Assembly: GCF_024298765.1 (NCBI RefSeq)
Contig: NZ_CP101210.1
Source of the DNA: Escherichia coli
GTDB lineage: Bacteria; Pseudomonadota; Gammaproteobacteria; Enterobacterales; Enterobacteriaceae
DNA length: 64,000 nucleotides
Reading direction: 5' to 3' (one strand)
The position numbers were made by a program, and so were the translations under genes. How positions within the stretch are numbered: position 1 is the first letter of the stretch; the number at the start of each line of letters is the position of its first letter. Positions 43,362 to 55,683 of this stretch are shown here, in pieces. A model generated the notes under the pieces. That model was not told the DNA's origin and did no database searches. It saw only the letters and a program-made list of their open reading frames with translations.

Positions 43362-45488
43362 TCACACAGCTCTTTCAAGTGCTATCAAAATCGCACTCTC
43401 CGGATCCAGTACGGGGAGCTGAATCCCTCCCTGTGCCAGCCATTCACCACTGGCCTCAAGGCTCTGATTCATCCAGACAGGTAATTTGCGCATGGTATGA
43501 CCGCCTTCACCAACCACCTGGAGGTCCGGGTGATCAATAACCCGAAGCCGGTAACGCACTTCCGCCGCCAGACCGGGAAAACGAAGTATGCCTGGTAAGG
43601 TGTAATCCGGCATTGCAAGCTGGCTGATCATAAAAAGTGCCTGAGACTGATCAGGGCTGACGACTCCCTGAACCTGTATCGAAGGATCTGGCATATCCAC
43701 ACGCCAGAGAACTCCTGTATGAATCAGTTGTCGCCATTCTTTATAGAGCAAGGCATACCGGCGATAACCGTCAGATTCCTTCGCATCTGCGGCCACCGGA
43801 TCCAGCTCCAGCCCCATATGGCCGAACAATGCCGTCAGCCCACGAAAAGCGATGCTGTGCTGCCGGAAAGTTGCATGGCAGCGGCGATGGCCAATATGCG
43901 CCCCCATCACCTCAGGAGGGAAAAAGTAACTCATGCCACGTTGTATGGTGCAGCGCTCCAGGGCATCATTATTGTCAGATGCCCAGAACCGGTGTGTGCG
44001 TTTCAGGACTTCGAAGTCAATACGCCCCCCACCGGAAGCACAGGACTCAAACTCAACATGTGGAAAACGTTCACGGAGGAGATCAAGCAATCGATAGAAC
44101 TGACGGGTCTGTGCATCTGCTGCCGCACGGCCTTCATGCCCTGCCTGTACAAGCTCACGATTCATGTCCCATTTCACATAATCAACCGGATGTTCTCCCA
44201 GTAACCATAAGAAACGTTCATAAATGTAAGCAAAGGCCTCTGGAATATTCAGGTTAAGAACATACTGATATCTTCCGGTTGGCTGGGAATATCCAGGCAT
44301 TGACAATACCCAGTCAGGATGAAGACGAAACAGGTCAGAATCCGGGTTAATCATTTCCGGCTCAACCCATATGCCAAATTCCATACCGAGAGATTTCACA
44401 TGTTTAATAACCGGCATCAGCCCGTTCGGGTATTTCTGTTCATCGGTATACCAGTCGCCCAGAGCCGCGCGGTCATCGTTACGTCCTTTAAACCAGCCAT
44501 CATCAATAATGAAACGTTCAACGCCCAGTGCTGCTGCACGCTCAGCCATCTGCATGATGTAATCAGGATTGTGATTGAAATAAATACCTTCCCAGGTATT
44601 GAGATGTACAGGGCGGGGTTTTTGCTCAGGGAAACGGATAATTTCATCACGCAAAAAACGATGGTATTGCTGACTCATTCCATTCAGGCCATCCGCAGAG
44701 TGGCAGGCATATAGCCACGGGGTGTACAGGGTTTCATTCTTCCTGAGAGCCTTCTCACCCGGCATCCACAGAGCCTCAGCCTGAACGTAACGCCTGCCGT
44801 CAGTTTTTGCCTCACATCTCATGCGGTGATTTCCACTCCACCCCAGATGCACAGCCCACACCTCTCCCTGTTGTTCCGAGAAGCCTGGCGTGCCGACAAT
44901 CAGCGCCGGAAAATGCTCATGAGATGTCCGCCCTCTGCGATTTTCCAGAACAAAAGCATCATGAGTGAGACGTACCCTGTGCGGCTGAAATTCACGAGTC
45001 CAGCGTCCGTGAAAAGCCATGACTTCTTCCGCACGTTCCGCTAAAGGTAAAGTGATGGCGAAACGATTTATCTGCCAGTCCCCCTCTCTGAGGTTGGTCA
45101 GTGCATGACGAACTTTCAGAATTCCTGATGGCGTCATCACCAGCTCGCTGACCAGACGCAGGCCGGCTACCGAATCTTCACTGGTAAGTCTCAGAGTGTT
45201 TTCGGTATGTTCCACGTCAACTGTATAAAAAACAGGAGATGCATCCAGCCCATTCCTGTGTCCTTCCAGTCCCGGAGAGCTAAAAAGTCCCAGGGCATTT
45301 TCAGCCATCAGTGTTAGTGGCGTATCAATATCCAGACGACCATTCGCAACCGGTCTTTCCAGGCTGGCACAGTCATCCGGTGAGAAATGTTTCAGTGCAG
45401 AGCCCCACCAGATAATTTCTGCATGTGGACGGGTTTTAATAATTAAATCAGAGCGAGGACTGCTCAGTCTGCAGTACTTTGAAACCAT
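43362..45488 (-). CDS. rafA: alpha-galactosidase (GH36)
   Basis: 708-aa ORF with GH36-like catalytic region (KWDMN, CASGGGR). Confidence 0.85.
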   Translation of the reverse strand: MVSKYCRLSSPRSDLIIKTRPHAEIIWWGSALKHFSPDDCASLERPVANGRLDIDTPLTLMAENALGLFSSPGLEGHRNGLDASPVFYTVDVEHTENTLRLTSEDSVAGLRLVSELVMTPSGILKVRHALTNLREGDWQINRFAITLPLAERAEEVMAFHGRWTREFQPHRVRLTHDAFVLENRRGRTSHEHFPALIVGTPGFSEQQGEVWAVHLGWSGNHRMRCEAKTDGRRYVQAEALWMPGEKALRKNETLYTPWLYACHSADGLNGMSQQYHRFLRDEIIRFPEQKPRPVHLNTWEGIYFNHNPDYIMQMAERAAALGVERFIIDDGWFKGRNDDRAALGDWYTDEQKYPNGLMPVIKHVKSLGMEFGIWVEPEMINPDSDLFRLHPDWVLSMPGYSQPTGRYQYVLNLNIPEAFAYIYERFLWLLGEHPVDYVKWDMNRELVQAGHEGRAAADAQTRQFYRLLDLLRERFPHVEFESCASGGGRIDFEVLKRTHRFWASDNNDALERCTIQRGMSYFFPPEVMGAHIGHRRCHATFRQHSIAFRGLTALFGHMGLELDPVAADAKESDGYRRYALLYKEWRQLIHTGVLWRVDMPDPSIQVQGVVSPDQSQALFMISQLAMPDYTLPGILRFPGLAAEVRYRLRVIDHPDLQVVGEGGHTMRKLPVWMNQSLEASGEWLAQGGIQLPVLDPESAILIALERAV

Positions 45489-45526
45489 AAGACATTCTCC
45501 TTTCTCAGGGATGCCTTACTGTTGAT

Positions 45527-45561
45527 CCGAAACGTTTCGGGTATCAACCAAAACGTTTCGG
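45527..45561 (-). promoter_or_regulatory. putative RafR operator pair (two LacI-type palindromes) in rafA promoter
   Basis: CCGAAACGTTTCGG (45527-45540, perfect) and CCAAAACGTTTCGG (45548-45561) between rafR stop and rafA start. Confidence 0.55.
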
Positions 45562-45583
45562 ATATGTGAGCTGGATAAAAAAA

Positions 45584-46594
45584 TCAGGAGCAAGGAGGAT
45601 GAATCGTCTTTCCCGGATAAAATACCGGGTTCCAGACAACCTGTAGTGGTTTTGATGATGAATCAGTAATTATCTGATATATCATCTCGGAAATCTGGCG
45701 ACCAACGAGGCTTCGTGTTGACTGAATAACTGCAGCCACATCCAGCTCAATAATACTGTCCTGTGGCAAACCATCATATACAACCAGAGATACCGCATCT
45801 TTTCCTGAAAGACGACCGCTCAACTGCAGTGCCATGGCAGCACCATCTCCACTCAGGTCATTGTCAGTAATAATAGCTGTTGGTGGTATCGGTAGTGACA
45901 TTAACTCCATCACGGCCTGATATCCTGCTCGCCGTGTGGGAGAAACCAGCCGCAGCCATGTATCTTCCAGTTCATGCTCATTCAGTGCATCAAGCCATCC
46001 CTGACGTCTTGCAACAACATAGCTATGTGAAGTGTCTTCACTCAACAATGCAATACGTTTATGTCCCAAAGCAATCAGTTTCTGGGTTGCCTGTCCAGTC
46101 CCGGCATGATTATCAAAGTCAAACCACGCACAGGGCAGACCAGATGGTACCCGACCAAGAGCCAGAAATGGAATACCTGCTTTATGAAGGTGTGTGATAC
46201 GGGGATCGTCATCCAGAGTGTGTGCAATGATGAGAGCATCAACCCTGCGACTTTCAACAAGCCGCATATAGCTGTGGCAATCGGCATGCTCATCATCAGC
46301 TATCAGTAGTAAGTCAATATCATGGTGAGCAAGTTCCCGGCTGATGCAACTGACCATATCCATAAAAACACCACTGTTAAATGGCACATCACGTCCAGGA
46401 TAAACCAGACCGACAGCATCGGTTTTACCGGTTTTGAGTCTTCTTGCCTGAGTATTAGGACGGTAACCGCGTCGACGAGCTTCAGCTTCCACCCGTGCAC
46501 GGGTGGAAGCTGACACATCTGCATAGCCTCCAAGAGCCCGACTGACAGTGGTGACAGAAACTCCGAGTGCAGTGGCAATCGCCTTAAGTGACAT
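45584..46594 (-). CDS. rafR: LacI-family raffinose operon repressor
   Basis: 336 aa; HTH MSLKAIATALGVSVTTVSRAL. Confidence 0.8.
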   Translation of the reverse strand: MSLKAIATALGVSVTTVSRALGGYADVSASTRARVEAEARRRGYRPNTQARRLKTGKTDAVGLVYPGRDVPFNSGVFMDMVSCISRELAHHDIDLLLIADDEHADCHSYMRLVESRRVDALIIAHTLDDDPRITHLHKAGIPFLALGRVPSGLPCAWFDFDNHAGTGQATQKLIALGHKRIALLSEDTSHSYVVARRQGWLDALNEHELEDTWLRLVSPTRRAGYQAVMELMSLPIPPTAIITDNDLSGDGAAMALQLSGRLSGKDAVSLVVYDGLPQDSIIELDVAAVIQSTRSLVGRQISEMIYQIITDSSSKPLQVVWNPVFYPGKTIHPPCS

Positions 46595-46743
46595 ATTATC
46601 TCCTGCTAATTATTATAGTAGACCGTCCCCCTAAATCTCCAGACAACCAATATCACTTATTGTAAGTTAACGGAATCCCTCTGATCTGTAAGATCAGAGG
46701 GAAAGGTTATTGATTGTGAGAATAATTTCAGGACAAAGTGTAA

Positions 46744-47928
46744 TTAACTCTCCTGGATGGAAAGTGAATCAATGTAGTCAGCGTACCATTGCATCATTTC
46801 ACGGCGACCATCGAGATACAGGGCATGATTATAGGTACCCCTGATGGAATTTTTATCCACATGAGCTAACTGCATTTCAATCCAGGCAGAATTAAAGCCC
46901 TGTTCGTGCAGAATGGTACTCATGGTGTGACGAAAACCATGACCGGTTGCCCTGCCATCGTAACCGATACGTTTGAGCACCATATTGATGCTGGCTTCGC
47001 TCATTGGCTTGTTGATATCACAACGTCCCGGGAAAACCAGCCGGTATTGTCCGGAGAAAGTTTTGAGCTGCAGCAGAATGTCAGTGGCCTGTCGTGACAG
47101 TGGTACGACATGTTTACGTCGCATTTTCATGCGGCTTTCAGGGATTGTCCACAGGGCATTATCAAAATCAATTTCTGACCATTCAGCGGACCGTAGTTCA
47201 ATCGTTCTGAGGCCTGTCAGAAGCAGCAGATTTGTCGCCATGCGGGTAACAGGACTGCCATGATATTCAGCGAGCTTCCGGAGAAAAACAGGGAGCTCAT
47301 CTGCTCTCAGGTGGGGGAAATGTGCAGCTTTTGGCGCCGCCAGCGTACTGGTCAGTTCAGATGCCGGATTGACAGTGGCTCGTCCGGTGGCGATGGCATA
47401 ACGAAAAATCTGATTACAGTATTGACGCACCTTACGAAGTTTTTCCAGCGAGCCACGTTTTTCTATGCGGCGCAGAATTTCCAGCATTTCCAGCGGGAGG
47501 ATATCAGTAACGCTTCGTTTGCCCAGATACGGGAAAATATCTTTATCCAGAGCCTCCAGTACGCTTCTGGCGTAACTTTCAGACCATGACAAAGATTTAT
47601 GCTGATGCCATTCCGTAGCAAGGGCATGGAACGTATTGGTGGCAGAGATTTTCTGAGTGAGTTTTTCCTTTCGCTTCTTTTCGCCCGGGTCGCCACCTTC
47701 GGAGATAATTTTTCGGGCATCGTCGCGTTTGATTCTGGCTTCAGCAAGGGAGACGTCGGGATAGACGCCGAGGGCCAGTTTTTTCTCTTTTCCTGCTATC
47801 CGGTATTTAAGCCGCCAGTAGCGGGCACCCGTGGTTTTTACCAGCAGATATAAACCACGTTCGTCAGAGAGTTTATAGTCTTTTTCTTTAGGTCTGGCTG
47901 TTTCGACCTGTCTGGCTGTAAGTGCCAT
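46744..47928 (-). CDS. int: P4-type tyrosine integrase
   Basis: Start MALTARQVETARPKEKDYKLSDERGLYLLV (AGGAG RBS); C-terminal catalytic region HGFRHT...Y; adjacent to tRNA-Phe. Confidence 0.85.
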   Translation of the reverse strand: MALTARQVETARPKEKDYKLSDERGLYLLVKTTGARYWRLKYRIAGKEKKLALGVYPDVSLAEARIKRDDARKIISEGGDPGEKKRKEKLTQKISATNTFHALATEWHQHKSLSWSESYARSVLEALDKDIFPYLGKRSVTDILPLEMLEILRRIEKRGSLEKLRKVRQYCNQIFRYAIATGRATVNPASELTSTLAAPKAAHFPHLRADELPVFLRKLAEYHGSPVTRMATNLLLLTGLRTIELRSAEWSEIDFDNALWTIPESRMKMRRKHVVPLSRQATDILLQLKTFSGQYRLVFPGRCDINKPMSEASINMVLKRIGYDGRATGHGFRHTMSTILHEQGFNSAWIEMQLAHVDKNSIRGTYNHALYLDGRREMMQWYADYIDSLSIQES

Positions 47929-48104
47929 ATGGGGGCTCCTGAAACTGACTGAACACAATGAGCCCCCACCGGTGCCCCCAATGAACGCTTGATTGAGAGA
48001 GAGTTCAGTAGAGTTCGGTGGAGTTCAGGATGTTCAGATTGCTTGTAACGATGTGATTATACTTGAGTTTCGTGGAGTTCGGGAGATGAATCTGGAAGTG
48101 AAAG

Positions 48105-48180
48105 TGGTGCCCGGACTCGGAATCGAACCAAGGACACGGGGATTTTCAATCCCCTGCTCTACCGACTGAGCTATCCGGGC
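48105..48180 (-). tRNA. pheV: tRNA-Phe (anticodon GAA)
   Basis: Reverse complement reads GCCCGGATAGCTCAGTCGGTAGAGCAGGGGATTGAAAATCCCCGTGTCCTTGGTTCGATTCCGAGTCCGGGCACCA; pheV rather than pheU inferred from neighbouring yqgA-speC. Confidence 0.95.
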
Positions 48181-48285
48181 AACGGGGCGCATTAAACCTG
48201 ATTCGCCTCGTCTCGTCAATCAAATTTCTTCAATTTACTGCAGACTGCACAATCTATCATCACTTTGCCGCTATTGCACGCATTG

Positions 48286-48993
48286 TCAGGCAAACCAGGC
48301 GGTCCAGGCGGCGGAAAGCGGCATTGCCAGAAGGAGTGCTGGAAGCATGTTGACCACCGGGAACATTTTAATGCCACAGATGCGTAATCCGGTTGCCAGC
48401 AGCAATAAACCGCCTACGGCGCTGAAGTCTGCCATCATCGACGGTGTGGTCAGCGGTAATATCAGCGCGGCAGCCCACGCCAGCGTTAACTGGATGATCA
48501 GTAATGGGATACTAATTACCGACACCGCAATACCCAACGAGCAGGCGAAGATCATCGCCGTAAAGAAATCGAGAAATGACTTGGCGATTAAAATACTCGG
48601 ATCGCCGGTCATCCCTTCGTTCATCGCCCCGAAGATCCCGGTGCCGCTGGCGCAAAACAGGACAATAATCGCGACATAATTCTGAATAAAAGATTCATGC
48701 GCTGGCTTCTTACGTGAGTGGCGAAACAGATTTTGTGCTTTGGTGACCGCGGTATTGACGCCTTTTTCCAGCAGACAAATTTCGCCGATTAATGCACCGA
48801 GTAAGGTTGCTAAAACCATCGCCGGAAGGTTGGCGCATTTCACCACCAGTAAAATACCAATCCCCAGCGATGCCAGACCAAAAATAGATGTCATGGAGAC
48901 GCGGATACGTTCCGGTAAACGTTGGCTGAGCAGTGCGCCGAGAACGCCACCCAGTAAGACTGCACTAGCGTTGATAAAAGGGCCGATGACCAC
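48286..48993 (-). CDS. yqgA: DUF554 inner membrane protein YqgA
   Basis: 235-aa hydrophobic ORF matching YqgA; conserved neighbour of pheV. Confidence 0.8.
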   Translation of the reverse strand: MVIGPFINASAVLLGGVLGALLSQRLPERIRVSMTSIFGLASLGIGILLVVKCANLPAMVLATLLGALIGEICLLEKGVNTAVTKAQNLFRHSRKKPAHESFIQNYVAIIVLFCASGTGIFGAMNEGMTGDPSILIAKSFLDFFTAMIFACSLGIAVSVISIPLLIIQLTLAWAAALILPLTTPSMMADFSAVGGLLLLATGLRICGIKMFPVVNMLPALLLAMPLSAAWTAWFA

Positions 48994-49384
48994 AAGAGTT
49001 CCTGTTAACTGTATTGTCTGATTTTCTTATTATGAACTTTTTGCCTTGTTGATGGCTTGTCTGGTCGCAAAGTCCTGGCTTGCACGCTTTAGCGAAAGGT
49101 GCCATGATTGCGCGAATTTTCTCCTCTCTGTACGGAGTTTGCCCGATGCACGCCACCTCCTTACATTCTCTCGCTTATCGCCGTTTCGCGCGAAACTCCT
49201 CCCCTTTTCTGCTCATGCGGTGAAGTTAACGCACGCTCACTGCAGGACAACAGTAAAATCAGAGCGTTTCTGCTTTTACTGATGTCTGGCGGTCGGAGCT
49301 GGTGACCAGTTTGACCCATATCTCATGGGGCAGGGTTTTCCACCTTGTCCGGTATTCTTACTTCCCCGAAACGGGTTTGCGCTT

Positions 49385-51520
49385 ATGAAATCAATGAATA
49401 TTGCCGCCAGTAGTGAACTGGTATCCCGACTTTCTACTCATCGCCGCGTGGTGGCGTTGGGAGATACTGATTTTACGGACGTCGCGGCAGTCGTCATTAC
49501 CGCTGCGGATAGCCGCAGTGGCATTCTTGCGTTGCTTAAGCGCACCGGTTTTCATCTACCGGTGTTTTTGTATTCCGAACATGTTGTTGAATTACCTGCG
49601 GGCGTTACGGCGGTAATCAACGGCAACGAGCAGCAGTGGCTGGAGCTGGAATCCGCAGCCTGTCAGTATGAAGAGAATTTGCTGCCACCGTTTTATGACA
49701 CGCTGACGCAGTACGTTGAGATGGGCAACAGCACTTTTGCTTGCCCTGGGCATCAACATGGTGCGTTCTTTAAAAAGCATCCTGCCGGACGCCATTTTTA
49801 CGATTTCTTTGGTGAGAACGTCTTTCGCGCCGATATGTGTAACGCTGACGTAAAATTGGGCGATCTGCTTATTCATGAAGGATCGGCGAAAGATGCGCAG
49901 AAATTCGCAGCCAAAGTCTTTCATGCCGATAAAACCTATTTTGTGCTGAACGGCACATCGGCAGCGAATAAAGTAGTGACGAATGCGCTGTTAACGCGTG
50001 GCGATCTGGTGCTCTTCGACCGTAACAACCATAAGTCGAATCATCACGGCGCGCTGATTCAGGCGGGGGCGACGCCGGTCTATCTGGAAGCTTCACGTAA
50101 CCCGTTTGGTTTCATTGGCGGTATTGATGCGCACTGTTTTAATGAAGAGTATCTGCGCCAGCAAATTCGCGACGTTGCGCCAGAAAAAGCGGAGTTGCCG
50201 CGCCCGTTTCGCCTGGCGATTATTCAGCTGGGAACCTATGACGGCACTGTCTATAACGCCCGTCAGGTGGTCGATACCGTTGGGCATCTGTGTGATTACA
50301 TTCTGTTTGATTCCGCGTGGGTCGGTTACGAACAGTTTATCCCGATGATGGCGGATAGCTCGCCGCTGCTGTTAGAACTTAACGAAAACGATCCGGGGAT
50401 CTTTGTGACTCAGTCGGTGCACAAACAGCAGGCGGGATTCTCACAGACGTCGCAGATCCATAAAAAAGATAACCATATTCGCGGACAGGCGCGTTTTTGC
50501 CCGCATAAGCGGTTGAATAATGCCTTTATGCTCCATGCTTCTACCAGCCCGTTCTATCCGCTGTTTGCTGCACTGGACGTTAACGCCAAAATTCATGAAG
50601 GGGAGAGTGGGCGTCGGCTGTGGGCGGAGTGCGTTGAGATAGGGATTGAAGCGCGCAAGGCGATTCTTGCGCGCTGTAAGCTGTTCCGCCCGTTTATCCC
50701 GCCCGTTGTTGATGGCAAATTGTGGCAGGATTATCCGACATCAGTGTTAGCCAGCGACCGCCGTTTTTTCAGTTTTGAGCCGGGGGCGAAGTGGCACGGC
50801 TTTGAAGGATATGCCGCGGATCAGTATTTTGTTGATCCGTGCAAGCTGTTACTCACTACACCTGGTATCAATGCCGAAACTGGCGAATATAGCGACTTTG
50901 GCGTTCCGGCGACGATTCTGGCGCACTATCTGCGTGAGAACGGCATTGTGCCGGAGAAGTGCGATCTCAATTCCATTCTGTTCTTATTAACGCCGGCGGA
51001 AAGCCACGAGAAGCTGGCGCAACTGGTGGCGATGCTGGCGCAGTTTGAACAGCATATTGAGGATGACTCACCGCTGGCTGAGGTGTTGCCGAGCGTTTAT
51101 AACAAATATCCGGTGCGCTATCGCGACTACACCCTGCGCCAGTTGTGTCAGGAGATGCACGATCTGTATGTCAGTTTCGACGTCAAAGACCTACAAAAAG
51201 CGATGTTCCGCCAGCAGAGTTTCCCGTCAGTGGTGATGAACCCCCAGGATGCACATAGTGCTTATATTCGCGGTGAAGTGGAGTTGGTGCGGATTCGTGA
51301 TGCCGAAGGGCGAATTGCGGCAGAAGGGGCGTTGCCTTATCCACCAGGCGTGCTTTGCGTGGTACCCGGAGAAGTCTGGGGTGGGGCGGTTCAGCGTTAT
51401 TTCCTTGCGCTGGAAGAAGGGGTGAATTTATTGCCGGGATTTTCGCCGGAGCTGCAAGGTGTCTATAGCGAAACCGATGCGGATGGCATGAAACGATTGT
51501 ACGGTTATGTGTTGAAGTAA
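49385..51520 (+). CDS. speC: ornithine decarboxylase, constitutive
   Basis: Start MKSMNIAASSELVSRL; 711 aa, matches SpeC. Confidence 0.9.
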   Translation: MKSMNIAASSELVSRLSTHRRVVALGDTDFTDVAAVVITAADSRSGILALLKRTGFHLPVFLYSEHVVELPAGVTAVINGNEQQWLELESAACQYEENLLPPFYDTLTQYVEMGNSTFACPGHQHGAFFKKHPAGRHFYDFFGENVFRADMCNADVKLGDLLIHEGSAKDAQKFAAKVFHADKTYFVLNGTSAANKVVTNALLTRGDLVLFDRNNHKSNHHGALIQAGATPVYLEASRNPFGFIGGIDAHCFNEEYLRQQIRDVAPEKAELPRPFRLAIIQLGTYDGTVYNARQVVDTVGHLCDYILFDSAWVGYEQFIPMMADSSPLLLELNENDPGIFVTQSVHKQQAGFSQTSQIHKKDNHIRGQARFCPHKRLNNAFMLHASTSPFYPLFAALDVNAKIHEGESGRRLWAECVEIGIEARKAILARCKLFRPFIPPVVDGKLWQDYPTSVLASDRRFFSFEPGAKWHGFEGYAADQYFVDPCKLLLTTPGINAETGEYSDFGVPATILAHYLRENGIVPEKCDLNSILFLLTPAESHEKLAQLVAMLAQFEQHIEDDSPLAEVLPSVYNKYPVRYRDYTLRQLCQEMHDLYVSFDVKDLQKAMFRQQSFPSVVMNPQDAHSAYIRGEVELVRIRDAEGRIAAEGALPYPPGVLCVVPGEVWGGAVQRYFLALEEGVNLLPGFSPELQGVYSETDADGMKRLYGYVLK

Positions 51521-51521
51521 G

Positions 51522-51556
51522 AAAAAAACGGGTCACCTTCTGGCGACCCGTTTTTC
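51522..51556. terminator. bidirectional rho-independent terminator between speC and nupG
   Basis: A-run, stem ACGGGTC/GACCCGT with 10-nt loop, T-run. Confidence 0.6.
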
Positions 51557-51565
51557 TTTGCGTAA

Positions 51566-52822
51566 TTAGTGGCTCACCGTCTGTGTGCCTGTCGGGACAC
51601 GAACGTGTTTATATTTGAACATCGCCATGAACGCGAAGGCCAGAACCACGGAGTAACCTGCGAAAATCAGCCATACGGTCTGCCAGTCGGTAATGCCGTT
51701 TTGGGTGTACATCTCAACCACTTTACCGCTCACGATGCCGCCGAGGATACAGCCGAAGCCGTTGGTCATCATCAGGAACATCCCCTGCGCGCTGGCGCGA
51801 ATTGCCGGGCTAACTTCTTTTTCGACAAACACCGAACCAGAGATGTTGAAGAAGTCGAATGCGCAACCGTAAACGATCATCGACAGTACCAGCAGTACAG
51901 TACCGAACGGAGTCGGGTCGCCGTAAGCAAACAGAGCAAAACGCAGGATCCACGCCACAATACTGATCATCATTACGTTCTTAATACCGTAGCGGCTTAA
52001 GAAGAACGGGATGGTCAGAATGAACAGGGTTTCAGAGATCTGCGAAATCGACATGATGATTGACGCATGCTGCACGATGAAGCTGCTGGCAAACATCGGA
52101 TCTTTGTCGAAGCTGTGCAGGAAGGTATTACCGAACATGTTGGTAATCTGCAGTTCCGCGCCCAGCAGCATTGAGAAGATGAAGAAGATTGCCATACGCT
52201 TGTTTTTAAACAGAGCGAATGCATCGAGGCCCAGCAGGGTTGTCCAGCTCTGATTCGCTTGCTGTTTAGCAACCGGAATATGCGGCAGAGTCAGGGTAAA
52301 CAGAACCAGAATGGCGGAAAGCGCTGCGCCAATATACAGCTGCATGTGGCTTAATTCGAAGCCGGACAGGCTCACCACCCACATTGCCATGATAAAGCCG
52401 ATGGTGCCCCAGATACGGATTGGCGGGAAGTCAGTAACGATATCCATCCCGGCATTTTGCAGGCGATAGTAAGAGATGGTGTTGATTAACCCAAGCGTTG
52501 GCATATAAGCAAACGAGTTAATCAATATCACAAGGAACATCGCCTCCGGCGTAGTGACCTCTGCCGCCATGAACAGCGTGATAGCGCCAATGGTGTGGCA
52601 AATGGCATAGACCCATTTCGCACTTAACCATTTGTCGGCCACAATCCCCAGCAGCGCAGGCATAAAGACCGCGGCGATACCCAGTGAACTATAAACTGCG
52701 CCAATAGAAGCACCGTCAAACTTCAGGGTAACAAACATATAGGAGCCGAGGGTCGTCAGCCAACTTCCCCACAGACAGAACTGCAGAAAAGAGAGGATTT
52801 TCAGCTGCAGCTTAAGATTCAT
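51566..52822 (-). CDS. nupG: nucleoside:H+ symporter
   Basis: Start MNLKLQLKILSFLQF (GAGGA RBS); 418 aa, matches NupG. Confidence 0.9.
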   Translation of the reverse strand: MNLKLQLKILSFLQFCLWGSWLTTLGSYMFVTLKFDGASIGAVYSSLGIAAVFMPALLGIVADKWLSAKWVYAICHTIGAITLFMAAEVTTPEAMFLVILINSFAYMPTLGLINTISYYRLQNAGMDIVTDFPPIRIWGTIGFIMAMWVVSLSGFELSHMQLYIGAALSAILVLFTLTLPHIPVAKQQANQSWTTLLGLDAFALFKNKRMAIFFIFSMLLGAELQITNMFGNTFLHSFDKDPMFASSFIVQHASIIMSISQISETLFILTIPFFLSRYGIKNVMMISIVAWILRFALFAYGDPTPFGTVLLVLSMIVYGCAFDFFNISGSVFVEKEVSPAIRASAQGMFLMMTNGFGCILGGIVSGKVVEMYTQNGITDWQTVWLIFAGYSVVLAFAFMAMFKYKHVRVPTGTQTVSH

Positions 52823-53023
52823 GTTAATTTCCTCACATCGTGATGCGGATGAGTGTTTGAAAAAGCACATTTGACCGTGCGAGATGATGGGATTCTATCA
52901 ACTTCGCGGACTGGTTTTTTGTTACCTGTGGCAAATAATTGCAAACATTCCCAATTTGCAAAACGAAATTGTGATGTGGATAACATTTTTACCCCTGAGC
53001 ATCGTCAGGGGCGGTTAGTGGAA

Positions 53024-54130
<1,107 letters not shown>

Positions 54131-54167
54131 TTATGCAAGTTGCCGGAGGCGTGCTCCGGCACTGTTT

Positions 54168-54446
<279 letters not shown>

Positions 54447-54470
54447 TCATCCTCTTTATCGACTCACGCG

Positions 54471-55523
54471 CTAAACCGGCGCGCCAGTGCGTAACTGCTG
54501 TAACAAACGCTCCACGGGAGCCGCCAGGCCAACTGACGGCGGTTGCGCTAAGTTATACCAGAGCGCATTGTCTTCATCCATGCAGCCGGTGAATGACGAC
54601 ACGGGAAGCCACATAGGCACAATATCTAAGTGGAAATGGCTGAAGGTATGCCGAAACGCGGTCAGTTGCGTCAGGTTATCGGCAGCAATCTGCCGTTGCG
54701 CCAGCCATAGTCGCAAACTTTCTTCATCGGCAAACTGCGGGAAACAGTATAAACCGCCCCACAATCCACTCGGCGGGCGCTGCGCCAGCAATACCTCATC
54801 ATCATGCTGTAACAGTAAAAAGTAACCCGTGCGCTCCGGTAGCGTCTGCTTTGGTTTTTTGCCCGGATAAAGCGACCAGCTATTGTTGGCGGTGGCAATA
54901 CACCCGTTTTGTAGCGGACAGAGCGAGCATTTCGGCTTCGAGCGCGTGCAAATCATCGCGCCCAAATCCATCATCGCCTGATTAAACCGCTCCACGCCGA
55001 GCGCGGGCGTCACCTGCTCGCTCAAACTCCACAGTTTATTCTCGACCTCTTTTTTCCCAGGCCAGCCGCTTACAGCATAGCAGCGCGCCAGCACCCGTTT
55101 GACGTTACCGTCGAGAATCGGAAAGTGCTTACCCAGAGAAAGCGAGAGAATCGCGCCTGCGGTGGAACGCCCGACGCCCGGTAACGCCGCGACTTCTTCA
55201 AAGGTTTCCGGGAATTTACCGCCGTGTAAGGTCGCCACTTGTTGTGCCGCTTTATGCAGATTGCGCGCGCGGGCGTAATAGCCAAGCCCGGTCCACAAGT
55301 GGAGAACTTCGTCGAGCGGCGCATTGGCGAGATCGGTCACCGTTGGGAAGCGCGCCATAAAGCGTTCAAAATAGGGGATAACGGTCGCAACCTGAGTTTG
55401 TTGCAACATCACTTCTGAGAGCCATACTTTGTAGGGCGTCTTGTCAATTTGCCAGGGCAGCGTTTTCCGCCCGTATTTATCGTACCAGTCCAGAACCTGG
55501 GCTGAAAATTGCGACGCTTGCAT
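54471..55523 (-). CDS. mutY: adenine DNA glycosylase
   Basis: Start [25 protein letters not shown]; 350 aa. Confidence 0.9.
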   Translation of the reverse strand: MQASQFSAQVLDWYDKYGRKTLPWQIDKTPYKVWLSEVMLQQTQVATVIPYFERFMARFPTVTDLANAPLDEVLHLWTGLGYYARARNLHKAAQQVATLHGGKFPETFEEVAALPGVGRSTAGAILSLSLGKHFPILDGNVKRVLARCYAVSGWPGKKEVENKLWSLSEQVTPALGVERFNQAMMDLGAMICTRSKPKCSLCPLQNGCIATANNSWSLYPGKKPKQTLPERTGYFLLLQHDDEVLLAQRPPSGLWGGLYCFPQFADEESLRLWLAQRQIAADNLTQLTAFRHTFSHFHLDIVPMWLPVSSFTGCMDEDNALWYNLAQPPSVGLAAPVERLLQQLRTGAPV

Positions 55524-55683
55524 GGTCACCGAATTCACTGTTATTGGGGGCAAGATTGCAGCACAGCGACGGCAGGGTGTAAACCGGAACTTTCCGCAGC
55601 CACGGCCTTATCATGCTTGCATCCGGCAACTAACTTTGGATAATGCCCGTTTTCAGAACACTTTCACAAGCGACTAAATCTTT

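Noticed and set aside
43719-44257. Plus-strand ORFs 43719-44204 and 43829-44257
   Set aside because: Antisense to rafA.
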